The notes beneath the pieces are model-generated. The model ran no database searches. It had not been told where the DNA came from and worked only from the letters and a program-made list of their open reading frames with translations. A stretch of DNA of 64,000 nt, taken from Iphione sp. A-MEVVRFRX5 (lineage: Eukaryota). Position numbers and translations under genes: made by a program. The DNA is taken from assembly GCA_976226885.1 (NCBI GenBank), contig OZ320314.1:97030001-97094000 (forward strand), written 5' to 3'. Positions 47,301 through 62,400 of the stretch are shown piece by piece; positions within the stretch are counted from its first letter, which is position 1, and every line of letters starts with the position of its first letter.

Positions 47301-50300
47301 GTGATAGTAGAAATAAAGGACTCCAAGGGGGCGCTCCGACCAACGGGCGAGCATTGACACACACTGGAAACCCAACCACATCGGCAGCGTTAAGATATCA
47401 CAAAGAAAAGCGGTTTCGGAAAAAAATGTCAGTTGGGGTATGGAAGTGCTGTACAATTCATGAGCACACGATTGAAAACATGCTCAGCAATCAACTCCTA
47501 CAAAAACACCTTTAAAATATTTACGGACGGAAATCGTATTGAGGTACCACACTTACATTAACTCCTCAATGAATGTAATTTATCGCTATTCTCTGAACCG
47601 AAAAGGGTACGAGGAAAAGCAACAAAACATGACGACCTGGGATAACGCGGAATCAGGCGGCCCTACAGAGTGGAAAACAACCTTGCTTCGTTCCCAAACG
47701 GTCCTTAGTTGAGAGGTGTTCCTATTGAAACTTTGGCAAACTATGTAAGAAATCCATTTTTCCCCCAGAGTGCTTGTAGTTGAGGTTTGTCCTGATTGGA
47801 TACCTGGGTTGGCTTCCGACTGACGTTCCAATCTAAATGCGATTCTGAGAAATTCATTTCACCGGGCTGTAATAAGATTACTATTTCGCTGCAGCCAAAT
47901 TTGTCCATCCCGGCGAAGGAAATGTCACTCTTGGAATGAAAATGTTGTGATAAAGGTAAGCTGGCGTCCTTAAAGCCTTTGTCTTGACGTCGTGTATCCT
48001 GCCGCTGATGGTGTGTCCTCGCGGCCCGCTTAAACACCACAAACCAGCCACGGTCTAAAGCATTGGAAACGCCGAAAGAAGCGACCCCGACTAGGGGCGG
48101 CGAGGCCGACTTCTGGCACGAGGCTGTTCTGTAGAGCTCCGATAGTAAGGATCACTGCCAAAACGTTGATCATTTAGTGAAGCCATTAGAGGCTTTTCGC
48201 GCCACCTCTGCCACTCCAACACACTGAGGGCTCGACACTGCCAGGTCACCAGCCAAAGATAACTGGGGAAGGTCTATCGATCTCACACATTGAGGCGCAC
48301 CCAGCACACGTGTACCATACGAATTTACATCTTTCCATATTTATGTATTAGTTCTCTAAATGCGAATACTGATAGGGCGAGTCCTCGGCTCCAGCCAAAC
48401 ATGCGAGCATGACTGCATGTATGCATTTATTCGCCGTCGGTATGAAGGCCGCGTGAGAATAAACAGTAGTCTATGATTATAAATATCAAAAAGCACATGT
48501 CGTGGTCCTCATACATTATAATGCTATTGTTCCGTGTACCTTTTTCATACTTATATTCATTGTGCACAGCCTTTCACTCTCATGCGCTTTGTATTCCACC
48601 GTGTCACTCAAGGAACCTGCTCTAAAATGTCTATAACCCCAAGAAATGTGTCTCTTGTCTATAAGGCTATTAAGAAACTCACTCAAAGGGCTAGGGACAT
48701 CTATCAAAACTGCATTTATTCAAAAACATCCTCCTGGGTCCCTCGTTTATTATTTAAGTTACCTGATTAACTCACTGTGAGCTTACTTCCCTTTGTGGGC
48801 GGTTTCTTTGTTGAATATACAAAGGAGGCTCTCTTAGATAAAACAACTATTCAATAGGGGAGGTTTGCTAAGAACCAGAGGGTTAGAGTCTATTATACTT
48901 AACCTTAGTCAAGATAATAGTTCCGATTGGCAAATTTTTTCGAGTGCCTATGTTACAGGTGTGCTAGGCTGTAGGGGGTTCGGTAACTATTATTCAACAA
49001 AATAAGTTTTGATTCAGCACATCCAAACGTTGCCAAAGTTAGAGAAAGTAAATTGCATGAAACTGCCCAATCTCTAAAAATGATATTAAGGATTAGTGAA
49101 AATCTAAGAGTTGTCGACAGAGTAGCCACCCTCCAACCGACCTATCTACTGTTTACTTGAATTACCGCTGAGATAAACGATCAGGGACAGGCGTAACGAA
49201 TTTGCCTTATTTATTGCCAAGAGCCTTGACTGTGGCCAAGCAGCCTTCAAACACACGGCGCCGTCTAATGAGGCTTCAGTCTTTCCACATCATGCATCGC
49301 CTTCAGAGACATGTCAACCTGGTAATGGGTAAAAAGTCGACTAGCAACATGTCGGTCTTGGTGCCCTGAGATGCTAGTTGCCTCTGAATTATTAATGTCT
49401 GCCCGTCCTACACCTTTGTTGTCGGCAGGAAAGACTTCCTAAAAAGCCTCTATTCGACTGTTGGCTTCCATTAGGAGGTCATACTGATCGTGCCAGTTGA
49501 ACTGCAAAGAGCGGCCTACAGCAAAATTTTCAGAGGCAAGTGCTTCATATGCTGAGAGTATGGTAAATTAATTTGTAAATGTTTGTTCCATACTGCATGA
49601 ATTAAGGGTTCCTAATCAAGTAATTGCTAGAACGGCACATACATGTACATTTTATCATAGTGACGAGTATTTGAAATACATGTACGTCAAAAATTAAAGA
49701 AGCTTCGTGTTTCGTGAGGAAAATAATTGATTGAATGGCTGCTACGGTAGACAGTTTATGAATACTATCCGGTCCGTACTACATATGGTGGGTGCTTCAC
49801 GTTAGTATACGTTGTACTGGAGGTGGTATACATTATCCTCACACTAAACCACCATCTCTGATATTCGCCCGAGCGCTCGGTAGGGATGCCAGCGCGTTGC
49901 CTCAGAAGTTTCCACAAGAGGCTTTCAGCGCCTCTTTCATTTAGCCCGGCGCCATATGTAGTAGCCATTAAAAGTCGCCCTCGCTGGCATTTGGGAGAGC
50001 CACAGATCCATCCACGGTCGGCCCACCGCCGCTGCCGCCAGCGCTTTAGGAGGCAGAGGCTTGAAAAGAGACGGCAGCGTCGGGGTTGGCGAGGGGGGAT
50101 AGGGTAAAGGGGAGCTGGAGGAGGAACAGTTTATGAGGTTAAATAGATCGGGCTAAGCTAAACGTATATATAAATATGGATATGTGAATATCGACGTCCA
50201 GCTTGCACTCAGTAATTCGGCCGTGAATATTCTTGTTGTTTCTCTTTTCTCACCGGCCGCATGCTGACATTTAGGAAGAGCTAGTCCATTGCGGAATGAT

Positions 50301-53300
50301 TTAAATAATTAGGTGGACTCTGTGGAAAAAATAAGCTCCTGCAGTGATGAGACGTATATGTACATACATGGTTGTGTGGAGAGTTTGCTAGAACCAAACT
50401 TAATGAGCAGGATAATCTCTTTCACAGCAAAAATTCCTAAGGACATCCAAATATTCTCATCTGTATGATCTTCAGAGTAGAATTTTCTCCATGATCTCCA
50501 AGGGAAACCACAACTATAAAATACATTTATACAGATATATAAACTTCTATTGTTCTTTCGAAACAATAAACACATACAATAAAGTCAAAAGATTGGCGTG
50601 CAGAAGCCTGCAATGGTGCTCGTACTCACTTGCTAACACCACGTGGGTGAGCATAAACAGTGCCTTGCCTAATCTCTTCAGCCAGACGCGCCAAAGGACC
50701 AAAGGAGTTGTAATGTCGCTTTAAAAAATCCATTTCGTTGCCGTGTTAAAACGCAGTGTCCTGGAAGAAGGGAAGGGGTGAGGACGTCGTGGATGGGGGT
50801 GCGTGGGCTTATTGACAGACAACCAGAGGGTATATCCCCACCCCCCGACACGGCCCAGGGTGTTTTCACGGTGCGCTATCTTGGGCTTGTATCGATTGTC
50901 TTCCCCGGGTGGCCCCGTCTTGAACACCCTACATATGTCAACATGTGCAGCCGGGCTGGACGACGTAAAAGTACCTCAGCCAGAACCCGCGAGGCCTGCT
51001 CTGATCGATGTAGCAGTAGCTACAAACAGCTGCGCGAAGTAGAACGCATCATATATATATATATATATATAGAGAGGGGGGCTGCTAGCTTATTCTCACA
51101 CTTGGTCGATTATCCTGACGTCGCTTCATGGCGGTAAAGGTGTTAAAACAGACAAAGGTCAGGACGAAATCTCATCATGTCTTAGTGTACGATGTTAAAG
51201 CGAAGCGGTCGATGGAGGTGGCTTTGTCTCGTGAATTCAAGCTGCTGTCCTTCTCCCTTGCTCTTTCAACCTCTTGTCTACAGTGTTAGGAGCGAGGCTT
51301 TCATGGCGACGTTAATCCTGCAGTAGGAAACATAGGATTCCCGTGTATGAGGGACGTTGTTGAGCTACTCTCCCGAACCTGCATTTACACAAACATTTAC
51401 TTTCTTGGAAGTTCATCCATTTTCCACTTGAGGACTAATCCATTACTACCCTGACCCACTTTCCATCATCAGGAATGTCAATAAGGAGACCAGCGTATCG
51501 ATATATCAACCCAGGCCCAGCCACAATCAAACAGCCGCCAAGAGCGGTCTCTGACGTTTTTCTTTCTCAGATGAGCCCCTGTGAATGAAGCGGGATTGCA
51601 GTATCAAAGCGCACAATGCGATATTGATAGTGGTATATTGGCCGAATCGATTTGGCATAAGCGACTCCCCCCGACACGACCAAGGCCAAACCGACGCGTG
51701 CTTCCATCACTCATGTATGTATGTATGTTCGTCTTTGTTGCCGCTATTTACAGGCTCGTTGTGAATGCGGTCGAACAGGTAGCGCTGGTATGGTAGGAAT
51801 GGAGAGTAGTATACGGTTTAGGGGGTTTGGGCCAGGCTTCTAGGCTAATGAGCACATAGCACCGCCCATAATGCTCAATTAAGCCGAGGCTACCGGTGGT
51901 CGCTGTCGGTGGCTTTGGCGGTGCATTAATTGAAGCAGTTGTCAGGCTTTAATTATCGTCAAAAGGTTTGGACAATGTTGGACAATGTCTCAGGCGTCGC
52001 ATATTATGTTCCATTCGCTCGTTCCCTGGCAACCAACCGCAGTATTGTCCATGTACATATCTATTTACTGTAATAAAGTGACGCCGTATGTATGTTTATG
52101 GACATGTTCATGATTGAGCCACCCGACAACGAATTCGTATAGAAAGCAACGTCGTAAATAGCGTATATAATCGTAGTTTAGAAGATGTATATTTTAGTCG
52201 GCGTCAATATGCCCCCTCCCTGTTCACTTCATTTCATACAACAGTGAACTGAATGTTTCAAAAAGGGAGGAGAAAACCCACGTAGAAAGTATCAGGGCGA
52301 CGGGATTTGCAGAAAGTAGATATGGGAGGTAGTGGTATTGGGGGAGAGGACGAAGAATAGGGGGAAAAGCAGCCCGGTAAATGCACTGATAGAGGTTCCC
52401 CTTGCTGTAGCCCCAGAGGAAATGCCGTCCATTAGATAGCATTGTAGGAAGCCATGCAAGCATTTAAGCCCCCAACTCGATGGTAATTTAAACTACATAG
52501 AAGCGCATCGTTGCAGGAGACAGTCAATATCGCCTGTCGCGTTGCTGTACAGGGCCGCCTACAGCCTTCGGAGAATTATGTTACAGCCATGGTGGTTACC
52601 AGTCTATGCCTGAACTCGATTATCTCTATTGAGCCTGACAGGGATATAGATATTCTATTCGATGTGCGTGGCGCTGAGCGCTGAAGCCAACGATGAGGGT
52701 TCCTCCAGACAGTCACATATATTAACATGGTGTAGTATTTTACAACGTAAGCACTATTTTGTTTTATTCTACACGAGGCTTGTCGTGGCAACAAAGAATA
52801 CGAAGGAAAAAGAAGAATGATAAGAAGAGTACATGTATTTCATGAAAGAACACATGTTCAGAAATTTCATGTAAAATCAACGTGCGTGAGATGAGGACAG
52901 AGACAGCGACGGTATGTTAAAAATAACATGTCATTACAGATATCGAAATGGCGAGAGGGTTCCGCAGCGATGGTTGGCGGTGAAACTTGGTTAACCGAAA
53001 CAAGAACGGCTCTGTAGGAAGCAAGTTCAAGCGACCGATCGCGTGTTCGGCACCAGTGGATAAGCCGGCTTCAAATCCCTTGTTGGGCACACTACTACCA
53101 GACACAGTAGGCCAGGGATTTGGAGGTCTCTGTATTTCGTATGATAGAGGTTGGGCTATGGTCCCTTTCCTCCGAAGTAGAGAATAAACTTTCATTTTAA
53201 ACTAAGAAGGATTACTATGTATGATGATAAATATATATCGTTTAAGTCGATGTATTTTCGCAGGGCCTACCAGTTGTAATTGAAGATGGTACATGTACTA

Positions 53301-56300
53301 CTTATTACGTTCCAAGAAGATACCATTTGCTAATCTTTTCTGTTAGACACAAATATTATGGGGAGTCAACGTTGGCGTTGTTGGTTAGCCGAAAGAGGGC
53401 CGGAAGATACATGTAATATCGCCGTATTAAGTGATGCAAAAAAGGCAGGCTCCACATGCTACCCGCAAACCATTGGTGTGGGTTCTGGAGATTGTGAGGC
53501 CATTAATCGCCAGGCCTGCATCTTGTCACGTCTCTATCGGGCTGACCACAAGCGGTCTCTCCTTGGGACCGTTGGCCGCCCTTGCTCCCGGCCCAAGCCG
53601 TTCCCAAGGGAACCAGGTCGGTCCTCCAGGTCCGGCCGCCGGCCCTCGGCCGAGCCCCATGATCGTCGATTGTCTGAGGCTACAACAGGCTAAAATATTG
53701 GATCGCTGGCAGGGAGCGCGGCCCGCTATCTGTATCTCTGCCTGCTGGTTTTGATTAGGCACATTATTCTTGATATGACCCACGATGTAGTCTGGGCCAC
53801 ATCCGTACACTTGGCCCTGGCCTCGATCAACCAACGCAGAGGCAGGCCTGCATGCACAGTACCGACGTGCTTTCTAATGTAACATAATGAGCACCGTAGG
53901 GGAATCAGGATTATTACACTATCGACTAGCAGCTTGATAACAATTAACAACACTAGGCGATAGTCGAGTATTCAAGACAAAGGCGTGTTGTTGTGACACA
54001 TCAAGATTCAACTTCAAACCACCAAAGAGACGGAGCGCGCGAGAGAAAGCACACAAGCAAACACACAAACACGCACACATGCTGGCTCTCAAACAAATCT
54101 AAGCAGGCGGCGACTCCTCCTTCAGCGCCTTAACTGTTGCCATTTGTTGCTCATCCCACTCCCTGCGAATTAGCGCCATGTCGGCGGCGTAATCGAGTTA
54201 ACCCTTCTTACCGTGTCCTGCACACTCTGCCTGGCCGTGGGAGTAGGGGGGGCTGATAGAAAGGGATGGTGAGGGTAGACAGCGCCCGCGGCCTTAATCA
54301 AACGGCATTCAATTTCTGCTCCCGTTGTCGACGAATTAAATTTTCATCCCTGGCCAGACCAGATGCGCTCGACGGCGTCGCGCACGGCTAACGCGATAAT
54401 AGAGCAATCGCGCCACGCGATCGCGTCGGCCTACTTACATCGATGACGACTAACAAGCCGGTTGCCAGGCACAGGAACTGCTCTAGGCTATGTACGTCGG
54501 GACCAGGCAGAGAAATGGCATGTTTGCTCTTTTGGAGAGGGTACACCCGAAGTGTTAGATACCTCAGTGGTTGCGGGCTGGAGAATGTATACATACACAT
54601 GAATACATAGCTCAAGAGGCAGTATATAGAGCTAGAACAATCAAAATGGCTGCCAATAGAAAGCACTCAAAGGCCAATGTAATCCGGGGTTGTTTTTAGC
54701 AAATGACATATGGCGAGTAGCAGCGGCAAACGGCAGTTTCTCTTCATGGAACAACCTTCCTCCTGGCTTATTTTTTATGCTAGTTGACGTGAGATGTATC
54801 TCAGCTAAGCAGACACAAACTAGATCAGCGATCAAATTGCTAACAACTTTGCGTGATTTTGCAAGTTGCATGACAGTGCGTTGCATGTAGCAAGGCGAGT
54901 AGGGTGGCGAAGGTTCTTATATGCAGCGGAATGTGCGGCCCCATATGCTGGGAGGTGGTAGACCTCACGAGCCTGAAAAGCATCATTCTGCTACATGATC
55001 TTTCCATCTCCCCCCTGCCCCCTCCCTTCCTCTCAACTCCAACCCTACATAGCGAAACCGGCGCAACCTCCTGCCGGTACCTTCCAGTTTGGCCCTAACC
55101 CAGGAAATCCCCTCCCTATAGAGTATTCTAATACTTTAAGGGATTCTACTCCCTTTTGCCGATCTGTTTTACAACTTCGACTGGGACGCTTTATACCTAT
55201 GCTTACCCTCCTTCTACCTCTCCACCGATCGCAGCGCCCTCAGCTCGCAGCTGCTCGCGTTTACACCTTTTATTTTGACCTATTTTCTCGTCCCCCCCCC
55301 CTTCAACCCGTGGCTGCCGTTTGTTAGGTGGTTCTTTGCCTGCCATTCATCCCTACAGCACAAAGATAAACACCTCATGCGCTCACAACATCGCTCAATT
55401 CTATCGCTTTCGCCTGTGTGCATTGAAAGGGACCGTGCAGCGGCTGGCAACAGATCACACTCAACGCTTCCCTCTTGTCTGTAGTCCACCACCAAAGAAC
55501 ATGGGCGAAGTATGATATTAGCATGTGCCCGGCGCCTATAGCTGTGTATAATAAAACACCGTGCTAGGTTCGGTGTTCCTCCTCCTTCACCTCGTATTTA
55601 TCAACTAATTATTGTTCCATTGAATGGCGCAGAGCCTCAGCTGCGGACTTTCGCCAGGGCCAGAAGGGAGGGTGCAAAAGGGGGAAAAACTGGCTCCACT
55701 CGCATTATCAAGTGGAGCTTGGCTGTGACTAAAAACCGCCGGAATCATGAATGAGGAATGAGGAAGCCCCAGGAGGGAACGGCAGTGAGAGAAAACACTC
55801 ATCAGCTTTATTGTTTGAAGAATAAATAAGTCGATGCCGGGCCGGAAAATGGTCGTGTGTTTATGTAGGAGTTCAGGAGGCGTTGAAACCAGCTTGGGGC
55901 GTAGGATTTGAAGCGCACAAACCCCATTGCTCTGCCAGAAACCATTTGAATTCTTCCCACCTGATGCCATCCCTTTTCGTCATGAACATGTATACAGCGA
56001 TGCCAGGGTAAAGATGCGTGTGTATGGTGCGGGGGGGGGCAAAATATAACTTGTTTTCGGATGCGAGAATACCTTGAGGGAACGGCCATGTTGATGCGAA
56101 GGGGTGGGTTTGAAATCTTCTAAAGAGTCAGAGGAGACCGATCAAATTTTAATCTCCAACGTAATCGGCGCATTCTTTCGTGGGAATCGTGGTCGGAGAC
56201 GAAAATAACAGCCCCGAAAACCATTTGTTATAACGTGGTTAAAATGAAATTGAAGAAGATAGAGATGGGGTCTCCACAGGGGTCAGAAACAACCACGCGC

Positions 56301-56455
56301 AGACAAAACCATAATAACGAACAGCAAGCAAGAGATGGGGGTTAGTGGAGAGCGTAACTGGGCGAGGAAAAAATAGTAAATTGAAAGTTACCGACAGATA
56401 ATGACATTGTAGCTGTGGGGAGATACAGATAGAAAGCAATGAAGACAGAATGAAG

Positions 56456-56492
56456 GGAGAGAGAGAGAGAGTGTGAGAGTGAGAGAGAGAGA
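56456..56492. repeat. (GA)n-rich microsatellite
   Basis: Imperfect GAGAGA/GTGA tract seen directly. Confidence 0.8.
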
Positions 56493-59400
56493 AGGAGAAG
56501 GCGAAAGAGAAAAAGGGAGAAATGCAGGGAGATACCGGCTTTTGTGACCGTCCTCCAGAGACACGGGCTAATTTTGTCGCGTCGGTCTGGCTCGCCGGAT
56601 CCGGAAAAGCAATTATTTAGATAGAAGGGACGCGGGACGCGGGGACAGGGCAGCGGGGCGCGAGTGGAAGGATCAGCAGAGGGCATCTCTAATGATGGCA
56701 ACCAGGGAGCGGAGGGAAAGCAGGCCCCCCCTACCTCAGCAATTCCAACACCCCCTTGGCCCCCACCGACACCTCCCTATTGGCGGACGTCGACCCACTC
56801 TCCCCCGTCAGCCAATGTAAAACCGGCGTCACTGTTGCATCTGATACAATGAGTGATCATGACGCACATTGGCAGGACCACCCCGACAGAATGGCAGCGC
56901 CGAGCGACAGGTTTGATTCAAGTGGGTCGGCGGCGAATGGGAACCGGATGAATGGGGGGAAAAAATAGGAGCCGTCCAAACAAATCTTATGAAAAATAAG
57001 CAACGATTTCCGATGCATCGGCAACAATATCTGTTTTGCGGGATATTTATTTCTGATCTGGCAAGGAATCGGACCGCGATAACAGGCAGACATTCATTAG
57101 GCTGTTCCCTGATTGCATAGTCGGCTGCCTAGATGATAGACCGTCCGTTTGAGGGCGCTGCCTTTCCTTTTCCTGCCGACTCCCAGACAGGTTTTGCCAA
57201 ACCGATCCTCCATGGGCGTCAACTCGGCAATCGTATTACAAACTTGGGCACCGACGATAAGCATGGTTCGGCCGCCATGTAATGACTACTATTGATGGAG
57301 GTGGCAGTCATGCGCGCCTCACTATCCGCTAATGGCAATTGAAGCACCTGCTTTTAACTGGCAGGCAGCGAATCATCCGGCCCGGGTTTGTTCGTGTTGG
57401 GCGCCTGGGGAAAATGGTCGGATTGGTGGTTGCAAGATCGACATCAACTGCTCATACCAGTTCCTATTGTGTGAACTGCTCGTTGCGTTTTCCTTTACAA
57501 AGGTTAGGCAAACAAAAGGGCGAGTTGCTCCTATGTTGACCACTTACAGTGTTCTCCAGTAGGCTTTGTTTGGATCCTACCCAACCCTTCGTCAAGATGG
57601 CGCTGAAATAGCGTGGGGCCCCAAGTGGGGAGGGCAAAGAGGAGTTAGGCATTTGCAATGAGGGGCTGGTGGAACGTGTCTGTGTGTATTTGTGTGTGTG
57701 TGCCTGCGCGCATGTGAATGTAGGGGGTTCAGCAACAACGCGCCTTCCACTGATGCCGCCATACATGTTTATGAGGACAAACTAGATGATTGAGATTACC
57801 ACTCCGTTACAGGCAAAGCACGGGGATTACCCGGGGCCGGGCACAAGTCGGACGGCGGATAGGTCGGCGCCCGACGACTATGTACATGCGAAATTACGCA
57901 CCGGAAAGCTTAGGCTTGGGAGGTAATTAATTCAAGGGTTATCTACTAGGAAGAGAGGGTCCATCATCTGCTCAAGGGTGTTGATAAAGCAAAGAGGAAT
58001 GGATGTTGCTTTATAATTACTCCTTCTTGGGAAGGCATGTCTACAGCTGCTATAAAAGAGCTTTATGAACATCTGTGTACCTACATACTGTGGTTGCAAC
58101 TCCTTTTGTGTCTCCTTTCTTTTGTCACCCTTCAGGTCTCTGTCAGATGTTCGAGTCATCAAAAGACCTTTGTAATACATCATAATTGAATCTTGGAGGG
58201 TTCAGTATTTTAGGGATTTTCAATTGAAATTATATGGCTTATGTATATACAGTAAGTGCAAGATTTCAATTATGAACATTGAATTGCAAACTCTCTAGAC
58301 ACCATCAATACAGATGTCGACACAGTTACACATAGGCGGGTGGGGGGAATCATTCCATGATAAAGAGACAGCCATGAATGGCATCGTCCCTGTCCCCTAT
58401 TTCCACAAACATCGTCAAGACCAGCATGCCTTCTAACTGATAGTCTCTGTCGGCCACAACAATTTGACGGTCATAATTTTTTCCTTCCCCGTCTACGAAC
58501 AAATACCACAGGATAATGGTTCATAATCACAGTAATCTGATCTTTTTGTACCGATCTGTTTAATTGGACAGGAAGTAAGGACCGATGATTAGTAAAATCA
58601 AGAAATCTTATATACCGACACGATGACTTTTGAGGAGTGGCAAGCTGTTAACATGATGACTGTCATACAATCTGTGGTAATACTTGTACATCAGCGTCAA
58701 ATTGGATCACATTGTCCAAATTACTACACCTCTGAGATATGTCCCTATGCATAATTCTAGATGTCTGTAAATTGCAGATCTGTCCACATCCGAAGCTCTA
58801 TAGACCAATGACTTCATCCAGCAAGCAATTCAAAAAGACACCATGCACAGTGATGAATGGCAAGATATTCTTAGAATGACTGCCTCCTAAGCGGCTCAAA
58901 AATATCCAAGAGTGAAAAATAAGATTCGATGGTTCAAGTTCTTATATCTTTGAGATATTTAGCAATGTGTAATCCAACCGACAAAATCCCAAACTTGACC
59001 CCGCCTTGTGCTCTATGACCCCAAAAGGTTTTTATCCATAAAAATTTGAATAACTTTCACACTGATGAGCAGGAAACTATCAACATGATGTCTGCAATAT
59101 CATATTCTAAACTATATGAAAAGCTTTAAAATGCATGGGGCATCATGATCCAAATTACCACATCTCTGTGATACATGTACTTCCTTACGTATAATCCTGG
59201 CAATAAAGTCCCAGACCTCACCCCGCCTCACGGCCTCTGACCCCATTCCGCCTCTGTAGCCTCACAGGAGGCACGGCGTTATTCTTGAGCACGCCTCTAC
59301 CCTGGCCGCACTATGAATATTTCGTCTTTGATGTTATTGTTTAGTATAACTACCCTAGCGTCTGACGGCGTTTGCTGGAGGAGCGCTGTTTGCTCCTCGT

Positions 59401-62400
59401 GTACGTGACCTTGCCCCAAGCAATATTCCAGAGGCAGACACTTACGCTGACCTTGCGGCATATACGGATAAGGTCACTTATAATACGTCTGATGCAAACA
59501 CAAAAGGGTATTCGAGATGTTACGTATAAGCTGTATCTCTTAAATCCTCTTCTCCTGTTTTACGGTGTTGCTTTAAGGTTTTCTAGGTGACGGATAAGAA
59601 TGACATACATATGCAGAGCAAACCTGAAAGACCGACCCACGTAAAAGATGCAACCTTCAGTGTCCTTCATGTTACTACATGTACATGTAAATGATAATTG
59701 AGGCAAGCTGACGGGAGAGAACAAAACTGACCAGTGCCAAGCTCAGGCTCATGTGAGGACTTCTCTTATGTACGCATCAGCTAATATACAGTATTTAGTC
59801 GGTGTTTCTCTACAAGGACGAATTTATAAAAAAAGGGGAAAATTCCTTCATGCTGCACTATGCCACTATCCAAATTGGTGAAGTATTTTCCAACACCAAC
59901 TCATCCATGTACACGAGCGTCTAAAATTTGAAGCTTTCTAGGCAGCGGCGCACCTGTACATTTATATGTAACATGTACATGTATATACAAACATACATCC
60001 ACGTACATATATATAAACATGCATATGCATATATAAGAAGGTAATATTTGAAGCGAATCATTGTCAGGCAGGCGCGCAGGAAGCTGTCGGAGTTCGGTGT
60101 CTTTTGGAAAAAGCAGTCGCAGGTGTTTTTGGTCTCATCCAGGTGAGACCAGGTGTAAATCCGGTACGGAGGATTGAATGACCTCCTCCTACATACCACA
60201 CTCTGGGATGGTTCTCCTCTCCTCCAGGCTCTTATTCCCAGGTGTTCAAGGTGACTAGGGAAATGGGTGACTGATGGCCCGTCTAGACAGTACCGCTGAG
60301 CAGAGATGCTAAATGCACTTTCACCCGCTGGTTTCCTCTATTCGTTTCTGGAAATATTGGTCGGTGTTTATTGGACCGCAAGGAACATTGCTTTTAGGAA
60401 CCTCTTAGGAAATGAATGCGTACGACGAAAACGTCTAAACAGAAGCGCAATTTGCCAAATGAAAACCCGTTCAGCCGAGTAGAACTGGCAATAATAAACA
60501 ACACCTGGTATGCATGTATACCTCACGATTTCAGGAAGTAACCCACTGGAGCCGAACAGCACACTCACATGCTACTAAACCAGTGCAATCTAGAAACCAG
60601 ATGATATTATCCTGTTTAGATATTTTGCACCCGTACCTTATATTCTTGATCCTCCACTTCAGTTTGGGTATTATGCGAAAATCGTGTAGTGGCATTGTTG
60701 TACGCGATTATTGATTTGGTACTAACCTTTTGTTATCTTTGGCTAGGTGACCGGCAGTATGAATAAGCACGAATTTGTGGTAGGTGAGGCATTATCCTTG
60801 TCAATTGGAACGGACAGAATAACTCCATGTCGACACACGTTGCCGACATTGTTGTCGTGGACGGTTCGGATATTAATAAGGGGCCAGCGTAAAGCCCAAG
60901 TCATAAATCATGCACCCAGCATGCTTACGATTGGGGTGCTGAAAAAAAGAAGCGTAATTAAATACCAATAATCAATAGACGGCTTTACAATCAAAGCCCC
61001 CCAGTCTAATCCTGTATCTATACAGGCTCTACAGGCTTAGAACTGGAGGGAGAGGAGGTTGGTCATAAAACGTGAAAAAAATGAGATGAAATTACGTCAC
61101 CTTAGGCAGCGAATTGATGGTATGGTGACTCAGAGTATGTTTAATGAAGTCTCGAGCGTTGAAGCAGACAAATATTTTTCAGCGCCTTTGTCGGCGTGAT
61201 GGCTATAAATGACATGTCTCACACACCCGCAGCTTTATTCACTTCTGATAGACCCCCTTACGATATGAGAACACACTTATTTCCTGCATGGTGTCCAAGG
61301 TATAGCCAAAGTAATTCAGTGAGAAAAAAAAACATACTTTTGAGGAATGCTATACATAATTAAAGAGAACACCATGTGGATGTGGATTTGAAAGCTGTTC
61401 CATAGTTGTACAATTAGTCATAAAATACAGGGGAAACACAAGCCTTTTATCAAGTAACGAGTGCGCATCTTTCGCTATGTAGGGTTGCCTTAAAAGGTTG
61501 GAACGATCAGAGGAAAAGGATAATTAACAGTAGAATCACTAAATTCTCGATGTGAAGTGACATTTAGTCCTTCATTTGCAATCTTAGGGACCATTGTGAT
61601 GACGCGAATGTAAGTAAGACACGAACTGTTTCATATGTTAGCCACCTGGCCCTATAGCGGGAGGTGTGACATAAGCTACAAAGACACGTCTTAATGACCA
61701 CCTCGGTGCATCGATGATGTGCTCTTATTGGCAAGGCCTGGGCGAAGACGGTCTATGACTCTGTACGATCCGTATTCTTCAGGACATTTCCCGTGTGTCG
61801 TCCACGAGTCTTACGGCCTGACCCCCGAGGCTTGTCGAAGGTGACCTTGGCGGCTTGAGAACAATGGGTCGCCGGATGGAACGCCAGTCTCCGCCATATG
61901 TCTGACCTCCGCTGACCCGTCAGGCCCGTCAGTGAACGCGGCATTCTATTCTCTCCTGGGTCGGTCGAGGTTACATGTTCTACATGGTTGCGAGGCTGTA
62001 GACACACATGTCAGTCATGTCACTGTCGCGACCTACACTCCATGGTTTGCTCATGAGCTGAATAAAAATACCTGAAAGGAAAGTCTATAAGGCGGTTCGC
62101 CTTTCTGGAGCCGGACCTGGCCGTGTCGGCGCTACCCGTTGGGTTTGTGTGTTTTCAATGAGAGACGAGGCTGCAGACTATGAGGGCCATGAGGGTTTCA
62201 TGTAGCCTTTGGTCTCCAGGGTACCCACAAGAGGCCGTCGGCAGCCTCTCATGTCGTGAGGGTGCTGTATCAAACCAAGGCAGGCCCGCACTCACTCATT
62301 ATCTCACAATCCCCCATTGTTGCTCAGACAAACAGAACAAAACTCTTTTGCTTACCAAATAGGGAAACACAAATATGCACCAGAGTCGTATTTGTGTTTT

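Noticed and set aside
49200-49600. GHSQGS lipase-like motif and protein-like text on the minus strand
   Set aside because: Short, interrupted by stops, frame ambiguous; no further hydrolase or RT motifs.
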